From: Rickettsiales bacterium
GTDB taxonomy: Bacteria > Pseudomonadota > Alphaproteobacteria > Rickettsiales > JABSSG01
Direction: 5' to 3'
DNA length: 64,000 nucleotides
Assembly (NCBI GenBank): GCA_047404135.1
Contig: JBDOIT010000001.1
Span: 21,055-85,054, forward strand
Shown: positions 18,801 to 27,424 of the stretch, one piece after another
Numbering within the stretch: position 1 is the first letter of the stretch
Layout: each line of letters begins with the position of its first letter
Made by a program: the position numbers and the translations under genes
The notes under the pieces: generated by a model
Database searches by the model: none
Told to the model about the DNA's origin: nothing
What the model saw: the letters and a program-made list of their open reading frames with translations, nothing else

Positions 18801-19186
18801 AGCTCGAGGGTGATGAGATGGAGTTACTTAAAAGAGATGATGATACTGAGGTGGGTGAAGTAAGGGCGCAGATGCGAGACACCATAGATGCAGAAATTAC
18901 AGTAAAGGATGTGCATGATTATGAAGGTGATGGGCCAATAAAACCGGAAAGGAAGAAGAGAGAAAAGGTGATAGATGGTTTTGATAAAGACTTTTTTAAA
19001 ACTGGGCCAATCAACCCGAAGAGATATGATTATTTTAACCATCTAGAGAGCCCCACTAAAGGGAGTCATATTGGAGATCCAGACGAGTGTAAATACGAGA
19101 TGTTTGGCTATTGTGCAGAGAATGTTGGCGAGCAGCTTATGGGAGCATTTTTACTCGCTCCTATGATGTTTGCTAGTTCTAAGTAA
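15836..19186 (+). CDS. Large hypothetical membrane protein with acidic disordered termini; putative effector
   Basis: 1116 aa; AAGGA SD; Ser/Gly/Asp-rich N-terminus, several hydrophobic helices and an acidic C-terminal half. Confidence 0.85.
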   Translation: MYKGRKKSSGGDSSGVESHGNDSGADGSLSGDGISVSSTEGSSDGSGGEDTDSTSSSEGILGGSGSSDSEDSEDEIEEASSPLRHSLGSIQFVVSNPNREIFGSRSCILSFINMVAVSYMLNGNMSGLASFLTFISSLVGIHVFRAQIMPRVREYVMNHPDLQVYIGPVVGVHRRNRDSLVGQLRGPTEVNIAAITMNLLVSGLSGFLTARSLELGSLSGVGGSAVYYHLFNRLIAMVASYIDNGSDELRNRIINALAMFGSEIRDRVGIQAVLRWVRDSMPRSQDPLPSRTGEAVRRQGLQERGADIVSAVAGAVVFFSNISGSGVHWAAILGSFAWGGTRLPLFAYMGLMRMAQQAEIRARFLRDGNNDRLELARALVLGGSATFFLPEEFLATIGILGGRLLGIMKWIPLILISKALPSTGQKMLLSVIGTNVAASTINLAYAVEAILDPNVPPEDVLNRVHDNSPVGKLKRTTFFSFWVFVLYVIIAATTAILFKKYDVVSSTDSLKALYTGIVIFGVVFMVIMTLIAYSKIDIWGQKAENNCCIRPLLKSACFRGWWGYTGGSEGQTPEEREATAEAQRREDAILEEEANIGMRGTIRNRIRRHLREASVPPEYQNRTIPLQDGTNMILTLIGDANHLSPNTDFLRYNVESPVQDPTTLHIREVRISTRANNNYTLEMSDGRAIIREGEDIRIMDRDGNEEYNSATEPAEGPQLNLQDLVGNLMGAPDLSVPEDTRPGTPEVDGVFVPTPTRRESPHDGPRDNGSVEDIDLEEMSWDGEEIFRETRVLEEENGDTLDDITQATTGLLEEENDATASELGDAEGEDNQWVDIDVDAEFASMNDYAPPPEQEGHENSAEDSNGGCCSGLFGMRKRLSNIRASEAATYEDQPPSRQITISIYEDEDEDNMLFGLSTPLLGEKGADDSSFLGGSPGDKTDQDKTGGSAENPAHKDIKSMTPFALYEHFQENSPETLEIFQPAYDFNLKLEGDEMELLKRDDDTEVGEVRAQMRDTIDAEITVKDVHDYEGDGPIKPERKKREKVIDGFDKDFFKTGPINPKRYDYFNHLESPTKGSHIGDPDECKYEMFGYCAENVGEQLMGAFLLAPMMFASSK

Positions 19187-19614
19187 ATAGAAAATATGAA
19201 ACAAAAATATTAATGGAGTGTTATAGTGCGCTATTTCCATTTTGTAATCCATATTACACTAAAAGATTTATGGAATGTTTAATTATGGTGTTGCGGTATT
19301 TAAGATTGGTAGAGATATCTTAATGCCGGTTAGAGAGTGTAATGGCAAAATAGTGACATTTGTATTCTCTGTTCCTGATGAAATTAAGGAAAGAACTCAA
19401 TTCATTATTTGATCTGGATGTAAAAAAATCATTATATGTTCTGATATATATAATGATTCTATGAATTTTTGAGGGGAGCCTCGCATTCCAGGGGTGAACG
19501 AAATTCATAAAGCATCCGGAACATTTCAATGAAATTTACTATCAAGTAAATTAATCTATTGAAAGAGGCAAAGAATTTTACTAGGATCCATTAAAATATA
19601 AATACTCAGGAAGG

Positions 19615-20097
19615 ATGTCTATTACGAAGTCAAAGAAATACTTTGGAGAAAAGCCACTTGAAGGTCCGACTCCTTTTGGCTCTAAATATAACGGCAAGAA
19701 AAAAGCAGAAGAATCCAGCAGGCCTGATAACAGGGGGGCTAATAGGAATAAAATCTATCCATCTCCCGAAGAGCTAGCTGAGTATGAAAGTATATGCAAA
19801 GGTTCTGCTTCGCAGATTATTGAGCTTTTAAACAAAGATCAAGCCCATCGTCAGAATCTATATGTTAAAAAGCATAAATCCAGAACTTTATCCGAGAGAA
19901 TAAAGACGTCTTTGGGAGCGATCTGTATTTTAGGCAATATATGCGCTGTAGTTTATCTAGCCATAGAAGGTCATTATGCTCCTTCTTCTATAGTTGCTAT
20001 TGCCTTGCTTCTTTCTGTAAAGTTATTTTATACAAATAAGCCTTCTTATAAGAAAACGAATACTGAGAAGAATAGATTTAGACAAAAGAAAACCTGA
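19615..20097 (+). CDS. DUF2335-like membrane protein
   Basis: YPSPEELAEYESICKGSASQII...QAHR followed by two TM helices. Confidence 0.7.
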   Translation: MSITKSKKYFGEKPLEGPTPFGSKYNGKKKAEESSRPDNRGANRNKIYPSPEELAEYESICKGSASQIIELLNKDQAHRQNLYVKKHKSRTLSERIKTSLGAICILGNICAVVYLAIEGHYAPSSIVAIALLLSVKLFYTNKPSYKKTNTEKNRFRQKKT

Positions 20098-20592
20098 TAC
20101 TTATTACATTAATCTACTAGTTCTAATGCGCACCCTACAGGTGGTATATCTTTCTATGCGTTGTATTGTTTGCCACCCGTGTAAGTCCTTGGCCTATTGA
20201 AGTATTGCCTTTTGCTTTAGAGTAGAATCGTGATATACAAAATTCGGAATGTTATAAATTTCATGAGCAGTGGGCGTAACTTAATTAAAAAACAACAAAG
20301 AAACAAGTTAAATCTTACTATAAGATATCTTGCGATTTTTCTAGGAGAGGGTTCAACGCTATTTATAGGTACTTTAAACGCATCAGTGAGGCCGGGATTG
20401 CATATTCTTTTTTGGATTTATACGCCAGAGTAAAATATTTTAATTTAAGATGTTACGCCATATTGATGATTTAAATATGATAACGCAGACCATGTGTGCA
20501 GAAGATGACAGGGGAAATATTTGTTGTAATAAGTAGCTTTTACTTCTGCCAAAGAGCTGCAAATAAGATGCTTTCTGTTAGAGTGAAGTGAG

Positions 20593-21519
20593 CTATAGCA
20601 CTACAAATTTAATCACTAGCGGTATATAAACAAACCCCGTTACGGTTGTGATTATTAGGGCGCTAGTAATTTTCTCTGGTTTGTTTTTTAAGATAGTTGC
20701 GATAACCAGGGAGTTTACTCCCATGGGTATAAAGGCCACAACCATCCATAATTGATGTATTTTACCTGTGTATATATGCAATATATTTTGGTCAATTAAT
20801 ACTAGAGCATATGTGAGCAAGGGCCATATAATAAAACGTGATAAGATACACATTCCTAGCAATTTAAAGTCAATTTCTAGCTTTTTTATATTAGACACAG
20901 AAAGTCCCACAACCATCATGCCTAATATTGAATACATGACAGAGATATTTTTTGTGAACACACCGATGGATTCTGGTATTTTTACTTGCATCTTGCTAAC
21001 AAGGACTGCAAGTATAAAGGAGTAAATAGAAGGTAATTTTAGAAGCTTGATTAAGCTTTCATATGGACTATATCTACCAGCAGCAGACATATAGAAACCA
21101 AGGGTGTTTTCATAGAATGCCATACCTACAACCATTAGGAAAAATATCACAAGCAATTCTTCTCCAAAAAATACATATATGATAGGGAGCATCATGTATC
21201 CTAAATTGCCTGTTCCAGCAGAAAAGGCCAGAAGGTTTTCTGTTCCATCATCCCATATTTTTCTGCCTATATAGAAGAAGAGCAAACACATTATGCAGCA
21301 AAGGAGAAAGAAGCATATAGGTATAGCAAGAAGTTTCCCACTTAATTCTACTACGGAAATATTATGAAATATTACTACGGGGTTTACTATATAGAAAAGC
21401 ATTTGTGTAATGCTTTGTTGTTGAATCTTTAGTACTCGACCAGAAATAAACCCCATTATTATATATATATATAGGGGAGTTGCGGTCTGACTCACTAAGT
21501 AGAATAAATTTTTATCCAT
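20593..21519 (-). CDS. AEC (auxin efflux carrier / malate permease) family transporter
   Basis: About 10 TM segments; GNLGYMMLP and LGMMVVG motifs. Confidence 0.85.
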   Translation of the reverse strand: MDKNLFYLVSQTATPLYIYIIMGFISGRVLKIQQQSITQMLFYIVNPVVIFHNISVVELSGKLLAIPICFFLLCCIMCLLFFYIGRKIWDDGTENLLAFSAGTGNLGYMMLPIIYVFFGEELLVIFFLMVVGMAFYENTLGFYMSAAGRYSPYESLIKLLKLPSIYSFILAVLVSKMQVKIPESIGVFTKNISVMYSILGMMVVGLSVSNIKKLEIDFKLLGMCILSRFIIWPLLTYALVLIDQNILHIYTGKIHQLWMVVAFIPMGVNSLVIATILKNKPEKITSALIITTVTGFVYIPLVIKFVVL

Positions 21520-21531
21520 CTTTTCACTAAA

Positions 21532-21563
21532 AAAGCCCGAGTATTAATAATAACACGGGCTTT
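21532..21563 (-). terminator. Terminator after rpsU
   Basis: AAAGCCCG...CGGGCTTT inverted repeat; T-run on the minus strand. Confidence 0.65.
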
Positions 21564-21594
21564 AGAATTTTTCAAATTAACCTGAGACTAAATA

Positions 21595-21795
21595 TTAATC
21601 TTCTTGGTATCTTTTACGATTCACTTTACGTCTTCTTCTGAAAGACTCGTCACTCTTTCTCTGTTTTTCTTCAGAGGAAGTTTCGTGGTAGCGCTTTAGT
21701 TTTATGACTCTAAAGACACCTTCACGTTGTAACTTTCTCTTAAGATTTTTTAGAGCTTGTTCTACGTTACTTGAAACGACGTTTACCTGTACCAG
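21595..21795 (-). CDS. rpsU: 30S ribosomal protein S21 (likely CTG start; in-frame TTG alternative at 21816)
   Basis: NVEQALKNLKRKLQREGVFR...RYHET.SEEK. Confidence 0.93.
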   Translation of the reverse strand: MVQVNVVSSNVEQALKNLKRKLQREGVFRVIKLKRYHETSSEEKQRKSDESFRRRRKVNRKRYQED

Positions 21796-21901
21796 TGTAA
21801 TTACCCCTTTTAGCAATTAAAGTTATTAAAAATATATACTTGAATTAAGTGAGACAAATATATACTGTTTTATTAGAAAATCAAACATTTTTATGTAAAA
21901 A

Positions 21902-22525
21902 ATGACTAAAAAAAAACTAGAGCAAGAATTCTTGAATTCTGTAAGAGAAGAAGCGGCATTTCTGGGCTTCTCAGATGAGATGTTATTTGCAGTTGAGGAG
22001 AAAATGAACCTCAAGAAGAATTACCACATATTACTATTTCCCGGAGGTATAAAGGAGTTAATATCATTGCTAGAAGCGGATCTAGATAAAGATATGTCAG
22101 AACAAATCTCAAGAATGTGTGCAAAAAGTGAGCTTAGGGTAAGAGATAAAATCAAAGAGTCTATCAAGATTCGCTTTAAAGGCAATAAAGACATACTCTC
22201 TCAGCTGAATAAATATTACTTTAATTTAAACAATTTTACTTTTGCTTATAAAAATTTCTGGAGGACAGTAGATCAAATATGGTACATCTCAGGAGACCAA
22301 TCTACTGATTTCAATCATTATAGCAAGAGGGGGTTGTTATTTTGTGTATATAAAGCTACATTCCTGCACTATGTTAATTCAGAAAATGATGAATTAACGT
22401 GGGATTTTCTAGATAAACGCATAGAAAATGTATTAAAAATTGGCAAAATAAAAAAATTTCCCAAAGAGACGATTCAAAAGATAAAGGAGAAGATTCCTTT
22501 TATAAGGTTAATAAATAGGAAATAA
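21902..22525 (+). CDS. COQ9-family protein (rpsU-divergently transcribed)
   Basis: LFPGG, VDQIWYISGDQSTDFNHYSKR and TWDFLDKRIENV motifs; divergent from rpsU. Confidence 0.9.
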   Translation: MTKKKLEQEFLNSVREEAAFLGFSDEMLFAVEEKMNLKKNYHILLFPGGIKELISLLEADLDKDMSEQISRMCAKSELRVRDKIKESIKIRFKGNKDILSQLNKYYFNLNNFTFAYKNFWRTVDQIWYISGDQSTDFNHYSKRGLLFCVYKATFLHYVNSENDELTWDFLDKRIENVLKIGKIKKFPKETIQKIKEKIPFIRLINRK

Positions 22526-25500
22526 TGAGCAAAAAATACTATCCTGATGTAGATTCAAATCCTGATTTTTCGAAGATCACTAAAAAGACATTAGATTTTT
22601 GGAAGAAAGAATCTGTGTTTCAAAGATCTATAGATAACCGCCCTAAAGAAAAAGATGGCAAAGATAACGAATTTATGTTCTTTGATGGGCCTCCATTCGC
22701 AAATGGTTTGCCGCATTTTGGTCATATTTTAACTGGCTTTGTAAAGGATATTATTGCGCGTTATCAAACTATAAAAGGCAAAAGGGTTGAAAGAAAATTT
22801 GGTTGGGACTGCCATGGTCTACCCGCAGAAATGGCTACTGAAAAAGAGATAGGCGTTGCGGGTCGCAAACAAATTGAAGATTACGGAGTTGCTAAGTTCA
22901 ATGACGTATGTAAGAAGTCAGTTTTGAAATATACATCGGAATGGGAAGATTATGTAACAAAACAGGCAAGATGGGTAGATTTTGAGAATTCATATAAAAC
23001 TATGGATCTACCTTATATGGAGTCTTCTATATGGGCATTCAAGAAGCTATATGAGAAAGGCTTGGTATATGAATCAAAGAGAGTGATGCCATATTCATGG
23101 GCATGTCAAACTCCCTTGTCCAATTTTGAAACAAGAATGGATGATTCTTATAGGCAAAGAGCAGATAAGGCAGTTACAGTAAAATTTAAATTGGCTAATG
23201 CACCAAAGGGATTGGATGCAGGTAAATACTATTTACTAGCATGGACAACAACTCCATGGACTCTTCCTTCAAACCTTGCGTTAGCAGTAGGAGAAGACCT
23301 AAGTTATTCTGCGATTCCTATTGGAGATAAGGAGTATGTTATATTATCTGTAGGGGCTTTATCAAAATATAAGAAGACATTGAAGCTAGATAATGATTTG
23401 TCAAAATACAGAACTATCGCAGGAAGCGAGTTAGTGGGATTAAAATATGAGCCGTTATTTGACTACTTTAAAGATCACAAGAATGCCTTTCAGGTAATGT
23501 CTGCTGCTTTTGTAGAAGATGGAGAAGGTACAAGCATTGTTCATATTGCTCCAGGTTTTGGTGAGGATGATCAGATGTTATGTTCTGAGCATGGACTCGA
23601 TCTTGTTTGTCCTGTGGATGAAGCTGGAAAATTTACTGATGAAGTTCACGATTTCTTCGGAATGCAGGTATTCGATGCAAATGAACCAATTATTATGAAG
23701 TTGAAAGAGGAGGGGAGGTGGCTGTTTACAGAACAATATCTGCATAACTATCCTCATTGTTGGCGCACAGATACTCCTTTGATTTATAAGGCGGTTTCTT
23801 CTTGGTATGTAAGAGTTACAGATATAAAGGAAGATTTGATTAAGAATAACCAAAAAATCAACTGGATACCAGGTCATATAAAGCAGGGGCTATTTGGTAA
23901 ATGGTTAGAAAATGTACGTGATTGGTCAATCAGTAGAAATAGATTCTGGGGTACTCCTATACCTATTTGGAGGTCTGACAACCCAAAATATCCTAGGATA
24001 GATGTGTATGGTTCTTTGGAGGAGCTTGAAGTGGATTTTGGCGTTAAGCTTGATGATTTACACAAGCCTTATATAGACCATCTAACCAGAGTGAATCCAG
24101 ATGATCCTACGGGTAAATCTGTGATGAGGCGTGTGTCAGATGTATTTGACTGTTGGTTTGATTCTGGTTCTATGCCTTATGCGCAACTTCACTACCCATT
24201 TGAAAATAAAGAAAAATTTGAGCGCCATACATCTGCGGATTTTATTGTTGAGTATACTGCTCAGACTAGAGGTTGGTTCTATACGCTGATGGTGTTATCT
24301 ACTGCATTGTTTGACAAACCAGCCTTCTTAAACTGCATTTGTCATGGTGTTATACTTGATGACAAAGGCAAAAAGCTATCCAAGCGTTTACAGAATTATA
24401 CGGATCCTAAAGATATTTTTGAAAAATATGGATCTGATGCTTTAAGATTTATGATGTCTTCTTCATCTGTGATGAGGGGGCAGGAGCTTCTTATAGATAA
24501 GGAGTGTAAGGCTATTACAGAAGTAACTCGCTTAGTGCTGAATCCTATCTGGAATTCATACAACTTCTTTACCCTATATGCAAATTCAGACTCTATAGAA
24601 GCTAAATTAATCAAAAACAGCACTAATTTGAATGATAAGTATATTTTATCTAAATTGAAAAACACTTTGAAGACCATTGATGAGTCGCTGGGTGCTTACA
24701 ATTTGCCTTCTGCATGCGATGCTGTGACTGACCTATTTGAGATTCTAAATAATTGGTATATCAGAAGGAATAGGGCTAGATTCTGGAAAAAAGAGAAGGA
24801 TCAAGATAAGCAAGAGGCTTATGATACAATCTATACTGTGCTCTACAATATGGTAATTGCTGCATCTCCTTTGCTTCCTATAATCACAGAAGAGATATTC
24901 CTGGGTCTATCCGGTAATAAAGCTAGTGTCCATCTATGCAATTACCCTAGTTATGAAAATCTTCTAGAAGATAAGGATCTTGTCTCTGAAACGGATAAAA
25001 TAAGAGAAATATGCACAGCGGCGTTAAGCATTAGAAATGCTTGCAACGTAAGGATACGCCAACCTTTGCGTTGTGTAACGCTTGTGGGCACAAACTTAAG
25101 CCAGTTGGTTAAGTATTTTGAGCTCATAAAAGATGAGGTGAATGTAAAAGATGTTAAGATTGTAAATGATGTAGAAAAATATGCTAAATATAATCTAAAA
25201 ATTCACTTTAAGGAGTTAAGTAAAAGGCTTGCTCGCAAAATGAAAGGAATTATCGCTGCTTCTAAGACGGGTGATTGGGAACTTGTGGATGGTATGATAC
25301 ATATCTGTGGAGAGATTTTAGAAAAAACAGAGTTTGAGCTAACCCTTACTTCAATCAATGAGAAGCCAAGTGTCTCACTAAACTCAGGGGATGTACTTGT
25401 TATGTTGGATATTGAGGTTACATCAAGGTTAGAGCTAGAAGGAATAGCTCGAGATTTTGTGAGGATTATACAGCAGGCACGTAAAACGGCGGATTTTAAT

Positions 25501-25698
25501 ATCTCTGATACGATTTCGGTGAGCATTGAAGCTTCCGGAAAGGTGAGGGTTGCTATAGAAGAATTTGAAGAATATATTAAAGACCAGACTCTTGCAGAGA
25601 GGATAGTCTATAATTTAGAAAAAAAAGATTCAGTTCTTGAGAAAACTCATGAGATTGCTGGACAAGAGATTAAAATGAGTTTGAATCGTGAGGAATAA
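22525..25698 (+). CDS. ileS: Isoleucine--tRNA ligase (type 2)
   Basis: DGPPFANGLPHFGH, GWDCHGLP, WTTTPWTLP, DWSISRNRFWGTPIP and KLSKR motifs. Confidence 0.98.
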   Translation: MSKKYYPDVDSNPDFSKITKKTLDFWKKESVFQRSIDNRPKEKDGKDNEFMFFDGPPFANGLPHFGHILTGFVKDIIARYQTIKGKRVERKFGWDCHGLPAEMATEKEIGVAGRKQIEDYGVAKFNDVCKKSVLKYTSEWEDYVTKQARWVDFENSYKTMDLPYMESSIWAFKKLYEKGLVYESKRVMPYSWACQTPLSNFETRMDDSYRQRADKAVTVKFKLANAPKGLDAGKYYLLAWTTTPWTLPSNLALAVGEDLSYSAIPIGDKEYVILSVGALSKYKKTLKLDNDLSKYRTIAGSELVGLKYEPLFDYFKDHKNAFQVMSAAFVEDGEGTSIVHIAPGFGEDDQMLCSEHGLDLVCPVDEAGKFTDEVHDFFGMQVFDANEPIIMKLKEEGRWLFTEQYLHNYPHCWRTDTPLIYKAVSSWYVRVTDIKEDLIKNNQKINWIPGHIKQGLFGKWLENVRDWSISRNRFWGTPIPIWRSDNPKYPRIDVYGSLEELEVDFGVKLDDLHKPYIDHLTRVNPDDPTGKSVMRRVSDVFDCWFDSGSMPYAQLHYPFENKEKFERHTSADFIVEYTAQTRGWFYTLMVLSTALFDKPAFLNCICHGVILDDKGKKLSKRLQNYTDPKDIFEKYGSDALRFMMSSSSVMRGQELLIDKECKAITEVTRLVLNPIWNSYNFFTLYANSDSIEAKLIKNSTNLNDKYILSKLKNTLKTIDESLGAYNLPSACDAVTDLFEILNNWYIRRNRARFWKKEKDQDKQEAYDTIYTVLYNMVIAASPLLPIITEEIFLGLSGNKASVHLCNYPSYENLLEDKDLVSETDKIREICTAALSIRNACNVRIRQPLRCVTLVGTNLSQLVKYFELIKDEVNVKDVKIVNDVEKYAKYNLKIHFKELSKRLARKMKGIIAASKTGDWELVDGMIHICGEILEKTEFELTLTSINEKPSVSLNSGDVLVMLDIEVTSRLELEGIARDFVRIIQQARKTADFNISDTISVSIEASGKVRVAIEEFEEYIKDQTLAERIVYNLEKKDSVLEKTHEIAGQEIKMSLNREE

Positions 25699-26623
25699 AA
25701 GAATAGCAGTAATAGGAGGTGGGCCATGGGGAGATGCCCTGGCTAGTGTGTTTGCCAGGTATTCTATTGATATTATTCAATTTTCAAGAGACGTCAACAA
25801 GAAGCCTATTGCTGTAAATATTAAAGTCACTAATGATTTTTCTGATTTAAAATGCCGAGACTACATATTAATGGTGGTTCCAGCTCAGAACACAAGGGAT
25901 TGCTGCGCTGAACTTAAAAAGCGCATTGGGAGTAAATTCTCTCTGATTATATGCTCCAAGGGGATTGAGGTAGAGACAGGAAAGCTATTAAGTGAGGTGG
26001 CTTCTGAATATTTTCCAAAAGAATCAGTTTCTATTTTATCGGGGCCAAATTTTGCAAAGGAAATCATTGATCAAAAGTCAGCAATGTCATCTATTGCTTC
26101 TTATAACACAGAGATTGCTGATCAGATTACCAGTGATCTGGATAATAAAATATTAAATCTATACCCTACAGATAAAATAGTGGCTGTTCAGATTTTTGGT
26201 GCATTAAAAAATGTTTTGGCAATTTTATGTGGATTTGCAAGGGGGCTTTCTTTTGGTGAAAACGAAATGTCTGCTTTGATTGTGAAGGGTGTTGGAGAAA
26301 TAGGGGGGATGGCAAGGGAGAGAGGTAATGTTGCGCCATCCCTTCTCTCTCCTGGGTGTATAGGAGATGTGATATTGACGTGTACAAGTAAAACTTCCCG
26401 TAATACTAGATATGGTATGAGCTTGGCCAATAAAACTCTCAAAAAACAATCGGGCGACGGTACAGCACAGATCAATATTGAGGGAGTAAAAACCATTATG
26501 GCATTGTCAAATCTAGATCTAGGCAACTATCCATTGCTTAATTTTGCAGTAGAGCTGCTAAGTAAAAAACACTCAAAAACCTCTTCTGTAGAAAGAAAAT
26601 TTAGAAATTTACTATTTAGTTAG
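25688..26623 (+). CDS. gpsA: NAD(P)H-dependent glycerol-3-phosphate dehydrogenase
   Basis: CSKGIE, LSGPNFAKE, GALKNVLAI and GDVILTCTS..SRN motifs. Confidence 0.93.
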   Translation: MRNKRIAVIGGGPWGDALASVFARYSIDIIQFSRDVNKKPIAVNIKVTNDFSDLKCRDYILMVVPAQNTRDCCAELKKRIGSKFSLIICSKGIEVETGKLLSEVASEYFPKESVSILSGPNFAKEIIDQKSAMSSIASYNTEIADQITSDLDNKILNLYPTDKIVAVQIFGALKNVLAILCGFARGLSFGENEMSALIVKGVGEIGGMARERGNVAPSLLSPGCIGDVILTCTSKTSRNTRYGMSLANKTLKKQSGDGTAQINIEGVKTIMALSNLDLGNYPLLNFAVELLSKKHSKTSSVERKFRNLLFS

Positions 26624-26696
26624 TATTTTATTAATTTTTTTGTCAGATAATTTTGATTATCGTGTGAAAGTAAGTATAGGGTTGGTAGTATTAAGT

Positions 26697-27080
26697 ATGG
26701 TTAAAAAAACGGTTTTGATAGCGGAAGATAATGAGCTTAACATGAAGTTGTTCAAGGATTTGTTGGAGATGAAAAACTTCAACACAATATGTATTGAAGA
26801 TGGTCATCAGGTTTTTGAGGAGGTTGAGCAGAAAAAACCGGATTTAATTTTGATGGATATAAGGCTGAACGATATATCTGGTTTGGATATTATCAAAAGA
26901 ATAAAAAGTATAGACGAATTAAAGCATATACCCATTATTGCTTTGACGGCATATGCAATGAAGTCAGATAAGAAGAAAATCCTAGACTCTGGATGTGAAA
27001 GTTATATGGCTAAGCCTATTTTTATAGATACTTTTTTTAAGGAAATTGAGAAATTTATATCTTTTAGCGTTTCTTCTTAG
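26697..27080 (+). CDS. divK: Single-domain response regulator DivK
   Basis: KTVLIAEDNELNMKLFKDLL, PDLILMDI, IPIIALTAYAMKSD and KP motifs. Confidence 0.85.
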   Translation: MVKKTVLIAEDNELNMKLFKDLLEMKNFNTICIEDGHQVFEEVEQKKPDLILMDIRLNDISGLDIIKRIKSIDELKHIPIIALTAYAMKSDKKKILDSGCESYMAKPIFIDTFFKEIEKFISFSVSS

Positions 27081-27361
27081 TGTTTTTACTGAAACTAATT
27101 TTTTAAATATTTAATGCTATCTGCATTTTATATGATTATAGATAGTCAAATAGACTATGCAAGTCAGTATTTAAACTACGCTTTTACCCAGCCTCAATTC
27201 AAGCCACGCACCAGGAAGTTATAGGGTGTATGTATTATCCTGTAGAGTCTTTTTTTAATGTTATTTTGTCTTAATCAGATAGATGGCTCTTAATGCCGTG
27301 CCTTCAATGACAACGCTAGTTGGTTTGATTCTATAAAAGCCCCGTGAGGGATGAAGTTTTA

Positions 27362-27390
27362 TTGACACTATCGTCTTTAAGTTCGACAAT
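27362..27390 (+). promoter_or_regulatory. Sigma70 promoter TTGACA-N17-GACAAT
   Basis: Lies 35 bp upstream of the virB6 start. Confidence 0.55.
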
Positions 27391-27424
27391 TATCCTATAT
27401 GTCAGGTTATATTAAATAATTTAG

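Noticed and set aside
22525-25698. Type-2 IleRS as an unusual acquisition
   Set aside because: Type-2 IleRS is already known in Rickettsiales and there is no sign of recent transfer.
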